Shown here: positions 28,563 to 37,156 of the stretch, in pieces
Layout: each line of letters starts with the position of its first letter
How positions within the stretch are numbered: position 1 is the stretch's first letter
Assembly (NCBI GenBank): GCA_964383585.1
Contig: CAYLHQ010000023.1
Coordinates: 2,707 to 66,706, forward strand
Direction: 5' to 3'
DNA: 64,000 nt
Origin: an uncultured Acidobacteriota bacterium
Lineage (GTDB): Bacteria > Acidobacteriota > Polarisedimenticolia > Polarisedimenticolales > DASRJG01
Made by a program: the position numbers and the translations under genes
Notes under the pieces: generated by a model
The model's input: the letters and a program-made list of their open reading frames with translations, nothing else
Told to the model about the DNA's origin: nothing
Databases searched by the model: none

Positions 28563-29408
28563 ATGGAGACGATGTCCGTGGTGAACTCCGAGCGCCCCTC
28601 CCGGGAGGAACCGATGACGGCCCCCCTCGACCCCGCCGTCCATCCGGAGGTGAAGGACCCGATCCTCGAGGTCGACCTCCTCTCTCTCTGGTACGGGTCG
28701 TCCCAGGCCTTGCGCGACATCTCGCTCCGCATCCCCGCCAGGAAGATCACCGCCTTCATCGGCCCCTCGGGTTGCGGAAAGTCCACGCTCCTGCGCTGTT
28801 TCAACCGGCTCAACGACCTTGTCGAAGGGGTCCGGATCGCGGGCACGATCCGCTTCGAGGGGGGAAACATCCACGACCCCGCCCTGGACGTCAACGCCCT
28901 GCGCGCCCGGATCGGGATGGTCTTCCAGAAGTCGAACCCCTTCCCGAAGTCGATCTACGAGAACGTCGCCTTCGGGTGCAGGATCCAGGGGATCAACCGG
29001 AAGAAGGACCTCGACCCGATCGTCGAGAAGAGCCTCCAGGGGGCCGCCCTTTGGGACGAAGTCAAGGACCGGCTCGACGAGAGCGCCCTGGGGCTCTCGG
29101 GCGGCCAGCAGCAGCGCCTGTGCATCGCCCGCGCGATCGCCGTCGAGCCGGAGGTGATTCTCCTCGACGAGCCGTGCTCCGCCCTCGATCCGATTGCGAC
29201 CGCGAAGGTCGAGGAACTGATGCTCGAGCTCAAGAACCGCTACACCCTCGTCATCGTGACCCACAACATGCAGCAGGCGTCGCGCGTGTCGGACCTGACG
29301 GCGTTCCTGTACCTCGGAACCCTGGTGGAGTACGGGGAGACGGAGCGCCTCTTCGTCAACCCGCTGAAGAAGCAGACCGAGGACTACATCACGGGCCGCT
29401 TCGGATAG
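28563..29408 (+). CDS. pstB: Phosphate ABC transporter ATP-binding protein
   Basis: [40 protein letters not shown]. Confidence 0.97.
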   Translation: METMSVVNSERPSREEPMTAPLDPAVHPEVKDPILEVDLLSLWYGSSQALRDISLRIPARKITAFIGPSGCGKSTLLRCFNRLNDLVEGVRIAGTIRFEGGNIHDPALDVNALRARIGMVFQKSNPFPKSIYENVAFGCRIQGINRKKDLDPIVEKSLQGAALWDEVKDRLDESALGLSGGQQQRLCIARAIAVEPEVILLDEPCSALDPIATAKVEELMLELKNRYTLVIVTHNMQQASRVSDLTAFLYLGTLVEYGETERLFVNPLKKQTEDYITGRFG

Positions 29409-29419
29409 ACGAGGAGTCC

Positions 29420-30112
29420 ATGGAAAAGCTCCAGCGCCATTTCGAAGAGCAGCTCGACATCCTCTCCGAGAAGATCCTGGTCATGGGAGGGCTCGTCGAG
29501 GAGGCGATCGGGAAGTGCGTCGCCGCGCTCGTCGACCGCGACTCGGACCTCGCCCGCGCCGTGATCGCGGAAGACGCGAGGGTCGATCGTCTGGAGCTCG
29601 AGATCGACCAGATCTGCACGAGCATCCTCGCCCTGCAGCAGCCGTTCGCAAGGGACCTCCGGTTCGTGACGACGGCCATGAAGATCACGACCGATCTCGA
29701 ACGGATCGCCGACCTGGCGGTCAACATCTGCGAGCGCGCCCTCGAGCTGAACGAGGAGCCCCAGTTGAAGCCCCTCGTCGACATCCCCGTCATGGCGCGC
29801 AAGGCGCAGGAGATGGTCCGGGGCGCGCTCGACGCCTTCGTCCAGCGCGACCCCGACTCGGCCCGCGCGGTGATCCGGATGGACGACACGCTCGACGCCC
29901 GGATGGAGCAGGTCTTCCGGGAACTCCTCTCCTACATGATGGAGGACCCCAAGACGATCACCCGGGCCCTCCGCCTGATCTTCGTCGCGAAGTCGTTCGA
30001 GCGGATCGGCGACCAGGCGACGAACATTTGCGAGCAGGTGGTCTACATGACCGAGGGCCGGGTGATCAAGCACCCGTACCTCTCCTCCGGAGACCGAGCG
30101 CACGAAGCCTGA
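29420..30112 (+). CDS. phoU: Phosphate signalling complex protein PhoU
   Basis: LALQQPFARDLR, DLERIADLAVNI, ERIGDQATNICE. Confidence 0.95.
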   Translation: MEKLQRHFEEQLDILSEKILVMGGLVEEAIGKCVAALVDRDSDLARAVIAEDARVDRLELEIDQICTSILALQQPFARDLRFVTTAMKITTDLERIADLAVNICERALELNEEPQLKPLVDIPVMARKAQEMVRGALDAFVQRDPDSARAVIRMDDTLDARMEQVFRELLSYMMEDPKTITRALRLIFVAKSFERIGDQATNICEQVVYMTEGRVIKHPYLSSGDRAHEA

Positions 30113-30114
30113 CC

Positions 30115-30807
30115 ATGGCGCGCATCCTGATCATCGAGGACGACTCGGACATCGCGCTCTCGCTCAAGCACATCCTCGAGCGGGAGGGCGACCACTCGGT
30201 CTCCGTCGCCGCCGACGGGACCGAGGGCCTCCGCGCGGCCCTGTCCCCCCCCGTCCCGAACCTCGTCCTCCTCGACCTGAGTCTCCCCGGCTTGGACGGC
30301 ACCGAGGTCTGCCGACGGATCCGGAAGGAGCCGGCGACGGCCGGGGTCTCGGTGATCATGTTGACCGCGCGCGTCGAAGAGGCGGACCGCGTCCGCGGGC
30401 TCGATCTCGGCGCCGACGACTACGTCACCAAGCCGTTTTCGGTGAAGGAGGTCGTCGCCAGGGTCCGGGCGGTGCTGCGCCGGACCGAGCGGGCCGAGGG
30501 AGCGCCGGAACAGCTCGCCGACGGACCGATCCGGGTCGATCTCGCCGCGCGCCGCGTCCACGTGGACGCGAAGGAAGCGGTCCTGACCCGGAAGGAGTTC
30601 GACCTGCTCGTCGAGATGATGCGGCATCGGGGCCGGGTGCTGACCCGTGAGCGGCTCCTCGAGGGGGTCTGGGGGTACGACTACCCCGGCGAGACCCGCA
30701 CGGTCGACGTGCACATCCGCCGCCTCCGCAAGAAACTCGGGGAGGCTGCGGAGGAGCGGATCGAGACCGTCGTCGGCGTCGGCTACCGTTGGAAGCGGCC
30801 GGCTTGA
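30115..30807 (+). CDS. phoB: Phosphate regulon response regulator (PhoB/PhoP)
   Basis: Receiver plus winged helix (TRTVDVHIRRLRKKL, TVVGVGY), between phoU and phoR. Confidence 0.88.
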   Translation: MARILIIEDDSDIALSLKHILEREGDHSVSVAADGTEGLRAALSPPVPNLVLLDLSLPGLDGTEVCRRIRKEPATAGVSVIMLTARVEEADRVRGLDLGADDYVTKPFSVKEVVARVRAVLRRTERAEGAPEQLADGPIRVDLAARRVHVDAKEAVLTRKEFDLLVEMMRHRGRVLTRERLLEGVWGYDYPGETRTVDVHIRRLRKKLGEAAEERIETVVGVGYRWKRPA

Positions 30808-32204
30808 GCGCACACGGTCGATCGGCCGCGCTCCTCGCCGCGGCGGCGGCCATCGGCGGCGCGGCCGTCGCCGTCGCGGTCCGTCTCGCCCTCGGCGGGC
30901 CGGGCTCCTTCGCCCCGCTCCTCGCCGCGGCGCTCGTCTCGGCGGCGCTCCCGGCGGCGGCGGCATGGATCCTCCTGCGGCGTCTTTCCTGCCCGGTGAC
31001 GCGGTTGACGGAAGTCGCGGGGAAGGTCGCCTCGGGCCGCCTCGACGTCGAGATCCCCTCGTTCCGGGACGACCAAGCCGACGACCTCGCCGACGCCCTC
31101 CGCCGGATGCGCGACGCGCTCGTCGTGAAGATCGGGGAGTCGGAGGACGGCCGGCGCCTCGCCCTTACCGTCCTCGCGGGGATGCGGGAGGGGCTCATCT
31201 GGACCGGCCCCGACCGGAAGATCCGCCTTGCGAACGACGCGTTCCGGCAGATCTTCTGCGGGGGCCAGGACCCGACCGATCATCTCCTCGCGGAAATCGT
31301 CAGAAGCCCGGCGGTGATCCGGGAGCTCGAGCAGGCGATCCAGACCGGCCGCGAAGTCCGCGAACTGGTGCTCCAGCACCCGCCAGGGTCGGGGCGGACC
31401 TTCGAAGTCCACGTCACCCCTTTCGCGGAGCGCCCCGGGGAGAAAGAGTCCGGCGCGATCGTCCTCTTCTTCGACATCACCCGGCTCGAGGCGCTCGAAC
31501 GGGTCCGCCGCGACTTCGTCTCGAACGTCTCGCACGAGCTCCGCACCCCGCTCACCTCGATCAAGGCCTTCATCGAGACCCTCCTCGAGGACGGACTCGA
31601 GGACCGTGCGTCGAGCCTTCGCTTTCTCGGCATCGTCCGGAAGAACGTCGAACGGATGGAAGAACTGATCGACGACCTCACCGATCTCTCGCAGATCGAG
31701 ACCGGCGCCGTCGCCCTCGAACTCCGGGAGATCGACGCCCGCGAGGTGGCCCGGGAAGTCGCCGCCCATCTCGAGCCCCGGCGCGCCGCCTCGGGGGTCG
31801 AGGTGCGCGTCGAGGTCCCTCCCGGCTTCCTTCTGCGCGCCGACCGTCGGCGTCTCGAGCAGATCCTCGTCAACCTCCTCGACAACGCGATCAAGTTCAA
31901 CAGGACCGGCGGATGGGTGCGCGTCGAGGGCGGGCACGAAGGCGGACGGCCTTTCCTCGCCGTGACGGACAACGGCCCCGGCATCCCGGCGGACAGCCAC
32001 GAGCGGATCTTCCAGCGGTTCTACCGGGTCGACAAGGCACGCGCCCGCGAGGTCGGGGGCACGGGGCTCGGCCTGTCGATCGTGAAGCACCTGATGCTGC
32101 TCCACGGCGGAACCGTACGCGTCGAGTCGGAGCTGGGGAAAGGGTCCCGCTTCGTCCTCGAGTTCCCCGCTCTTCCGGTCAAGGAGCCGACCGCCCGAAC
32201 GTGA
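30804..32204 (+). CDS. phoR: Phosphate regulon sensor histidine kinase (HAMP-PAS-HisKA-HATPase)
   Basis: VSNVSHELRTPLTSI, NLLDNAIKF, FYRVDKARAR, GTGLGLSIV. Start uncertain (TTG 30789 or 30804). Confidence 0.9.
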   Translation: MSAHGRSAALLAAAAAIGGAAVAVAVRLALGGPGSFAPLLAAALVSAALPAAAAWILLRRLSCPVTRLTEVAGKVASGRLDVEIPSFRDDQADDLADALRRMRDALVVKIGESEDGRRLALTVLAGMREGLIWTGPDRKIRLANDAFRQIFCGGQDPTDHLLAEIVRSPAVIRELEQAIQTGREVRELVLQHPPGSGRTFEVHVTPFAERPGEKESGAIVLFFDITRLEALERVRRDFVSNVSHELRTPLTSIKAFIETLLEDGLEDRASSLRFLGIVRKNVERMEELIDDLTDLSQIETGAVALELREIDAREVAREVAAHLEPRRAASGVEVRVEVPPGFLLRADRRRLEQILVNLLDNAIKFNRTGGWVRVEGGHEGGRPFLAVTDNGPGIPADSHERIFQRFYRVDKARAREVGGTGLGLSIVKHLMLLHGGTVRVESELGKGSRFVLEFPALPVKEPTART

Positions 32205-32871
32205 TCCGCTCGGGGGTGTACGGGACGGGCTCCGGAATCGGCGGCGGGCTCCCCGACTTCGAGATTCGGATCGAGCGGATCTCCACCGGGGCTCCCGGCC
32301 GGCCCTCCCGGTCGACCGGGGTCGCACAGATCGCGTCAACCGTCTCCTTCCCGTCCACCACCACCCCGAAGCAGGGGAATCTCGCGTTGAGGTAGGGCTG
32401 CGCGGTGCGGGTCACGAAGAAGAGCGCGGCGCTGATCTTCCCTCCTCCCGACCGCGTCATCCCCATGCGATACGGGTAGGTGAAGTCGACCGGCCCCCTC
32501 TCGAGGGGGACGTAGACGAGCGGATACCCGCGGCCGGTCCCCGTGCGGTCCCCCGCCTCGATCCGCTCTCCGGTCGCGATCTTGTGGACGAGGACGCCGT
32601 CGTAGTACGGCTCCTTTCGGGTGCGGCCGGTCTCGGTGTCGACCCATTCGAGCCGGCCTTCGGCGAAGGCGGCGAAATGGGCGACCGTCTGAGGGGCCTG
32701 CTCGACGAGAAGACGGACCGTGAACGTCCCCTTCGACGTGTCGACGACTGCGTACCATCCCTCCGGAAGCGCCTCCGCGGCTTTCGGGGCCGCCGGGGCT
32801 TCGACGGCGAGCGCGGAGAGCGGGAGCGCGGCGACGATGAAAAGGGTCCATGCCGACTTCGGGACGGTCAT
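32179..32871 (-). CDS. Secreted cyclophilin-type peptidylprolyl isomerase homolog (divergent active site)
   Basis: DTSKGTFTVRLL, APQTVAHFAAFAEG, PYYDGVLVHK, FGVVVDGKETVDAI. Confidence 0.82.
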   Translation of the reverse strand: MTVPKSAWTLFIVAALPLSALAVEAPAAPKAAEALPEGWYAVVDTSKGTFTVRLLVEQAPQTVAHFAAFAEGRLEWVDTETGRTRKEPYYDGVLVHKIATGERIEAGDRTGTGRGYPLVYVPLERGPVDFTYPYRMGMTRSGGGKISAALFFVTRTAQPYLNARFPCFGVVVDGKETVDAICATPVDREGRPGAPVEIRSIRISKSGSPPPIPEPVPYTPERITFGRSAP

Positions 32872-32901
32872 CGCTTGCGATCGTCGCACGCCCCCGCTGG
32901 A

Positions 32902-33892
32902 GAGGCAAATCAACGTGGCCGCGAGGTTGTTGGGGGATGGAACGCTCGAGGTGGCGCGAAGGGTGGGGAGGACTCGCGCCGCGCAGGAGGCCGAAGTTGC
33001 GGTGGGTGTGACAGTTCCAGCGCCACGCCCGTGGCAACCGACCCGAGACCGCGCTTTCGGGACGGGGCGGGACCGGTACCCGGAGGACCCAACGCAACTT
33101 CGGCCCGGCCGATCGCGACCCGATTCGCCGGCGACCGGCAGGCGGAAAGCGCGGGGAACGCGCACGCCCCAACCCACAATCTCGCGGCCACGTTGGAGGC
33201 AAATCAACGTGGCCGCGAGGTTGTTGGGGGATGGAACGCTCGAGGTGGCGCGAAGGGTGGGGAGGACTCGCGCCGCGCAGGAGGCCGAAGTTGCGGTGGG
33301 TGTGACAGTTCCAGCGCCACGCCCGTGGCAACCGACCCGAGACCGCGCTTTCGGGACGGGGCGGGACCGGTACCCGGAGGACCCAACGCAACTTCGGCCC
33401 GGCCGATCGCGACCCGATTCGCCGGCGACCGGCAGGCGGAAAGCGCGGGGAACGCGCACGCCCCAACCCACAATCTCGCGGCCACGTTGCACGGAATCCA
33501 ACGTGGCCGCGAGGTTGTTGGGGGATGGAACGCTCGAGGTGGCGCGAAGGGTGGGGAGGACTCGCGCCGCGCAGGAGGCCGAAGTTGCGGTGGGTGTGAC
33601 AGTTCCAGCGCCACGCCCGTGGCAACCGACCCGAGACCGCGCTTTCGGGACGGGGCGGGACCGGTACCCGGAGGACCCAACGCAACTTCGGCCCGGCCGA
33701 TCGCGACCCGATTCGCCGGCGACCGGCAGGCGGAAAGCGCGGGGAACGCGCACGCCCCAACCCACAATCTCGCGGCCACGTTGCACGGAATCGCCGACTT
33801 GCGCTCCATTTCCGCGTCCTCGGACGGTCCGGCTGCCCGGACGGCCCGTCCGAAGGCGGACCGTCCCCGCCCACAACCTCGCGGCCACGTTG
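32902..33892. repeat. Array of three identical 285-bp elements with 20-bp terminal inverted repeats (period 294 bp), plus a solo fourth right-end repeat; MITE/REP-like
   Basis: Units 32911-33195, 33205-33489 and 33499-33783. Ends caacgtggccgcgaggttgt...acaatctcgcggccacgttg, separated by 9-bp spacers. Solo acaacctcgcggccacgttg at 33873-33892. Confidence 0.9.
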
Positions 33893-33949
33893 GTTTGAAT
33901 CGGGCCTCCTCAGGACCCATATTCCGGACGACCGAGGGAGGGAAACCGA

Positions 33950-35374
33950 TTGGCCCAGCTCGACCCGATGCTGCGCGCCCTCGTCGACCGGGGCGCGGGC
34001 AGCCTCGAGCTCGCCGAAGGGGGGCGACCGACGTTCCGGTTCCCGCAGGGAGATCGTCCGGTCTCGCAGGCCGTCCTTTCCCGTGCCCAGATCCTCACGC
34101 TCGTCGGCGAACTGTCCGGCAAACCCGTCGTGCCGGGTCGGGACGGGGGTCCGTCGGAGTTCGTCTACGCGACGCCGGACGGCCGTGCCTTCACCTGCCG
34201 CACCGAATCGGGCGATGGAGGAATCCGGGTCCGGATCGCCCCGGCGGCCGGGACCGGAGCCGAGAGACCGGCCCCCGCGCGCGAGGGGGCCCCGGAGATC
34301 GAGCGCTACCTTGCGCGGCTCGTCGAATCGGGGGCGAGCGACCTCCATCTGAGCACCGGAGAGGTGCCGATGGTCCGCCTTCACGGCGAGATGGGAAAGC
34401 TCGAGGGGGAAAAGCCGCTGACCCCCGAACAGGCGGCCCGGCTCATCTATCCGATCGTCCCTCCCGGGAACAAGCAGGCATTCGAGGAGACGAGCGACTC
34501 CGACTTCGCCTACGAGATCCCAGGGCTCGCCCGCTTCCGCTGCAACATCTTTCAGGATCGGAAGGGGCTCGGTGCGGTCTTCCGCGTGATCCCGAGCAAG
34601 ATCCCCTCCGCCGCCGACCTCAACCTGCCGCAGTCGCTTCTCGATCTCTGCGCGCTGCCGAAAGGGCTCGTCCTCGTGACCGGTCCGACCGGGTCGGGAA
34701 AGTCGACCACCCTCGCTGCGCTGGTCGACCACGTGAACCGTACGCGCACCGACCACATCATCACGATCGAGGACCCGATCGAGTTCGTGCACGAGAACCG
34801 GAAGTGTCTCATCAACCAGAGGCAGGTCGGGCTCCACACCCGTGACTTCAAGCAGGCCCTGCGCGCGGCGCTCCGCGAGGACCCCGACATCGTCCTCGTC
34901 GGCGAGATGCGCGACCTCGAGACGATCGCGATCGCGATCGAGACGGCGGAGACCGGCCACCTCGTCTTCGGGACGCTCCACACCTCCACCGCGCCTTCGA
35001 CCGTCGACCGGATCATCGACCAGTTCCCGGCTGACCGTCAGTCACAGATCCGCGTGATGCTCTCCGAATCGCTCCGGGGGGTCGTCTCGCAAAACCTCCT
35101 CCGCCGGAAGGAAGGGGGCCGGGTGGCGGTCATGGAGATCCTGATCGGGATCCCCGCGATCGCGAACCTGATCCGCGAGGGAAAGACGTTCCAGATCCCG
35201 AGCATCATGCAAACCGGCAAGAAGCACGGGATGGTGCTGCTCAACGACGCGCTCGCCGACCTCGTCCGCAAGGGAATCGTGACTGCGGACGAGGCGCTCG
35301 CGAAGGCCGTCGACAAGAACGGCCTCGCTGCGCTCCTGCGAGGAGCCTCCGCATCGGCCGCCGCCCCCTCCTGA
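33950..35374 (+). CDS. pilT: Type IV pilus retraction ATPase PilT/PilU family with N-terminal extension
   Basis: GPTGSGKSTTLAA, ITIEDPIEF, ALREDPDIVLVGEMRDLET, GTLHT, ANLIREGKTFQI. Confidence 0.9.
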   Translation: MAQLDPMLRALVDRGAGSLELAEGGRPTFRFPQGDRPVSQAVLSRAQILTLVGELSGKPVVPGRDGGPSEFVYATPDGRAFTCRTESGDGGIRVRIAPAAGTGAERPAPAREGAPEIERYLARLVESGASDLHLSTGEVPMVRLHGEMGKLEGEKPLTPEQAARLIYPIVPPGNKQAFEETSDSDFAYEIPGLARFRCNIFQDRKGLGAVFRVIPSKIPSAADLNLPQSLLDLCALPKGLVLVTGPTGSGKSTTLAALVDHVNRTRTDHIITIEDPIEFVHENRKCLINQRQVGLHTRDFKQALRAALREDPDIVLVGEMRDLETIAIAIETAETGHLVFGTLHTSTAPSTVDRIIDQFPADRQSQIRVMLSESLRGVVSQNLLRRKEGGRVAVMEILIGIPAIANLIREGKTFQIPSIMQTGKKHGMVLLNDALADLVRKGIVTADEALAKAVDKNGLAALLRGASASAAAPS

Positions 35375-35399
35375 CTGCGACCCGGGTCGTCGCTTTTTC

Positions 35400-35427
35400 T
35401 TGACACAGATTCACCACCCTATATATT
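35400..35427 (+). promoter_or_regulatory. Sigma-70-type promoter of Lys-rich microprotein 2
   Basis: TTGACA (35400-35405), 16-bp spacer, TATATT (35422-35427). Confidence 0.7.
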
Positions 35428-35522
35428 GGGTGGCGATTTGGGGAGGTCCCCAGATCTTGAGCCCAGGAACTCCCGGCCACGGGCTCGAACGAATGCACGG
35501 GAGAGGCAAGGAGTCCGACACG

Positions 35523-35600
35523 ATGGCCACCAAGAAGAAGGCCGCCAAGAAGAAGGTCGCGAAGAAGAAAGTCGCCAAGAAGAAGGCTGCCAAGAAGTAA
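35523..35600 (+). CDS. Lys/Ala-rich microprotein 2 (25 aa, MATKKKAAKKKVAKKKVAKKKAAKK)
   Basis: SD AAGGAG upstream, same MATKKKAAKKK start as 4500-4562, own promoter and terminator. Confidence 0.8.
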   Translation: MATKKKAAKKKVAKKKVAKKKAAKK

Positions 35601-35631
35601 ACAGGCAACAGATCTCAGGCCGTCACGAGGA

Positions 35632-35661
35632 GGGCCGGCGCTCAGGCGCCGGCCCTTTTTT
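35632..35661 (+). terminator. Rho-independent terminator
   Basis: gggccggcgc-tcag-gcgccggccc followed by TTTTTT. Confidence 0.85.
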
Positions 35662-36104
35662 CATGCGCCGTTCGTCCCGGTGTCGCTCAGGTCGATCAGA
35701 CGAATCCCGAGCTGTCTCGCCACCTCGATGCTCCGCGTGTCCCGGTAGAATTCGCCGTAGTAGATCTCGCGGATCCCCGCGTTTGCGATCAGTTTGAAGC
35801 AGTTCCAGCAGGGGGAGGCGGTCGTGTACAGCTCGGCGCCGTCGATTCGGACGCCGTTCTTCGCCGCCTGGATGATCGCGTTCGCCTCGGCGTGCACCGT
35901 CGCCACGCAGTGGCCGTTCTCCATGAGGTGGCCGACCTCGTCGCAGTGCGGCATCCCCCGGATCGATCCGTTGTACCCCGTCGAGAGGATCGTCTTGTCT
36001 CGCACGATGACCGCGCCCACGTTCTTCCGGTCGCAGGTCGATCGCGTGGCGGCCTGCCGCGCGATGTTCATGAAGTAGGTGTGCCAGTCAACCCGCTTGG
36101 ACAC
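35661..36104 (-). CDS. dCMP deaminase / ComEB family protein
   Basis: STCDRKNVGAVIV, GYNG, HAEANA and SPCWNC zinc motifs. Confidence 0.92.
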   Translation of the reverse strand: MSKRVDWHTYFMNIARQAATRSTCDRKNVGAVIVRDKTILSTGYNGSIRGMPHCDEVGHLMENGHCVATVHAEANAIIQAAKNGVRIDGAELYTTASPCWNCFKLIANAGIREIYYGEFYRDTRSIEVARQLGIRLIDLSDTGTNGA

Positions 36105-36232
36105 GGTCCCTCCGTTCGCGTGGAGCCCGCGAATCGTACACCACGCGGCTTGACAGGGAACCGGACCGCCGCGAAACTGCGGCGGTGCGGTCGACCGGGC
36201 GACCGGACCGGCCTGGGAGGGGGGACCCGGCC

Positions 36233-37012
36233 ATGCGTGAAGACTCCGGAGAGACCGCGCTCGGGCAGGATGCGCTGACCGCGTACCTGCGGAGGATCCG
36301 CCGCATCGATCTCCTCACGCGGAGCGGGGAGTTCCGGCTCGCGACCCTTCAGAGGCTCGATCCGGCATCGCCCGAGGCGAAGGCCGCGCGGGAGCGCCTC
36401 GTCGAGTCGAACCTCCGCATCGTGGTCAAGCTCGGCCACGAGTACCGGGGACGGGGAGTCTCGGTCGACGACCTGATCTCCGAGGGAAACCTCGGACTGA
36501 TCGAGGCCGCGGCCCGTTTCGACCCCTCGCGAGGGGTGCGCTTCGTGACCTACGCCGTGTGGTGGGTGCGGAAGTTCATGCTCGGCGCGATCCGGAGGAG
36601 CGCGAGGCAGCGGTTCGCCCCGATGTCGGGCACGGATGCGTTCGCGCCCGACATGCGCAGCTCCGCGGAGCACGATTTCTCTTCGCTACGGCGGGCGGTC
36701 CTCTCCCTCGACGGCGGCGCCGCGCCGGGGGCAGGCCCGCGACGGGGCCAGGAGTCGGCGACTTCGGAGCGCGCTCCCGATCCCGAGACCCACGCGGTCG
36801 ACCAACAGATGGAGGGAGCGCTCCGGAGAATCCTGGGGAAACTGCCCGCGCAGGAGCGACGGGTCTTGACCGCCCACTACGGACTCGACGGGTCGCCACC
36901 CCGCACACTCCAGCAGATCGGGGACGAGCTGGGGATGACGCGCGAGCGCGTGCGGCAGATCGAGTTACGGGCGAGGGGCCGGGTGCTGCGACTGCTCAGA
37001 CGAGGCCTTTAG
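36233..37012 (+). CDS. Short RNA polymerase sigma-70 factor (RpoD/RpoS/RpoH-like)
   Basis: Region 1.2 LTAYLRRIRRIDLLT, region 2 LVESNLRIVV...DLISEGNLGLIEAAARFD...FVTYAVWW, region 4 TLQQIGDELGMTRERVRQIE. Confidence 0.9.
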   Translation: MREDSGETALGQDALTAYLRRIRRIDLLTRSGEFRLATLQRLDPASPEAKAARERLVESNLRIVVKLGHEYRGRGVSVDDLISEGNLGLIEAAARFDPSRGVRFVTYAVWWVRKFMLGAIRRSARQRFAPMSGTDAFAPDMRSSAEHDFSSLRRAVLSLDGGAAPGAGPRRGQESATSERAPDPETHAVDQQMEGALRRILGKLPAQERRVLTAHYGLDGSPPRTLQQIGDELGMTRERVRQIELRARGRVLRLLRRGL

Positions 37013-37155
37013 GGAAGGGGGACAGGCACCGCCCCTCGGGCGGAGCCAATCCCCGGCTCAGGGAAGGGGGACAGGCACCGCCCCTCGGGCGGAGCCAGTC
37101 CCCGGCTCAGGGAAGGGGGACAGGCACCGCCCCTCGGGCGGAGCCAGTCCCCGGC
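37011..37155. repeat. Three tandem 49-bp REP-like palindromic units between convergent genes
   Basis: Units start at 37011, 37060 and 37109: agggaagggggacaggcaccgcccctcgggcggagcca(a/g)tccccggctc. Each unit folds as a hairpin. Confidence 0.88.
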
Positions 37156-37156
37156 G

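Noticed and set aside
32902-33792. CRISPR array or repeat-protein gene
   Set aside because: Repeats are 285 bp with 9-bp spacers, far outside CRISPR dimensions, and no cas genes are present. The ORFs crossing the array are open in several frames only because of GC content and repetition.
35400-35522. 66-aa version of the Lys-rich protein given by the ORF track
   Set aside because: Its TTG start is the -35 box itself. The SD and the paralog support ATG 35523.
37011-37155. Mini CRISPR array
   Set aside because: The 49-bp units are head-to-tail with no unique spacers.
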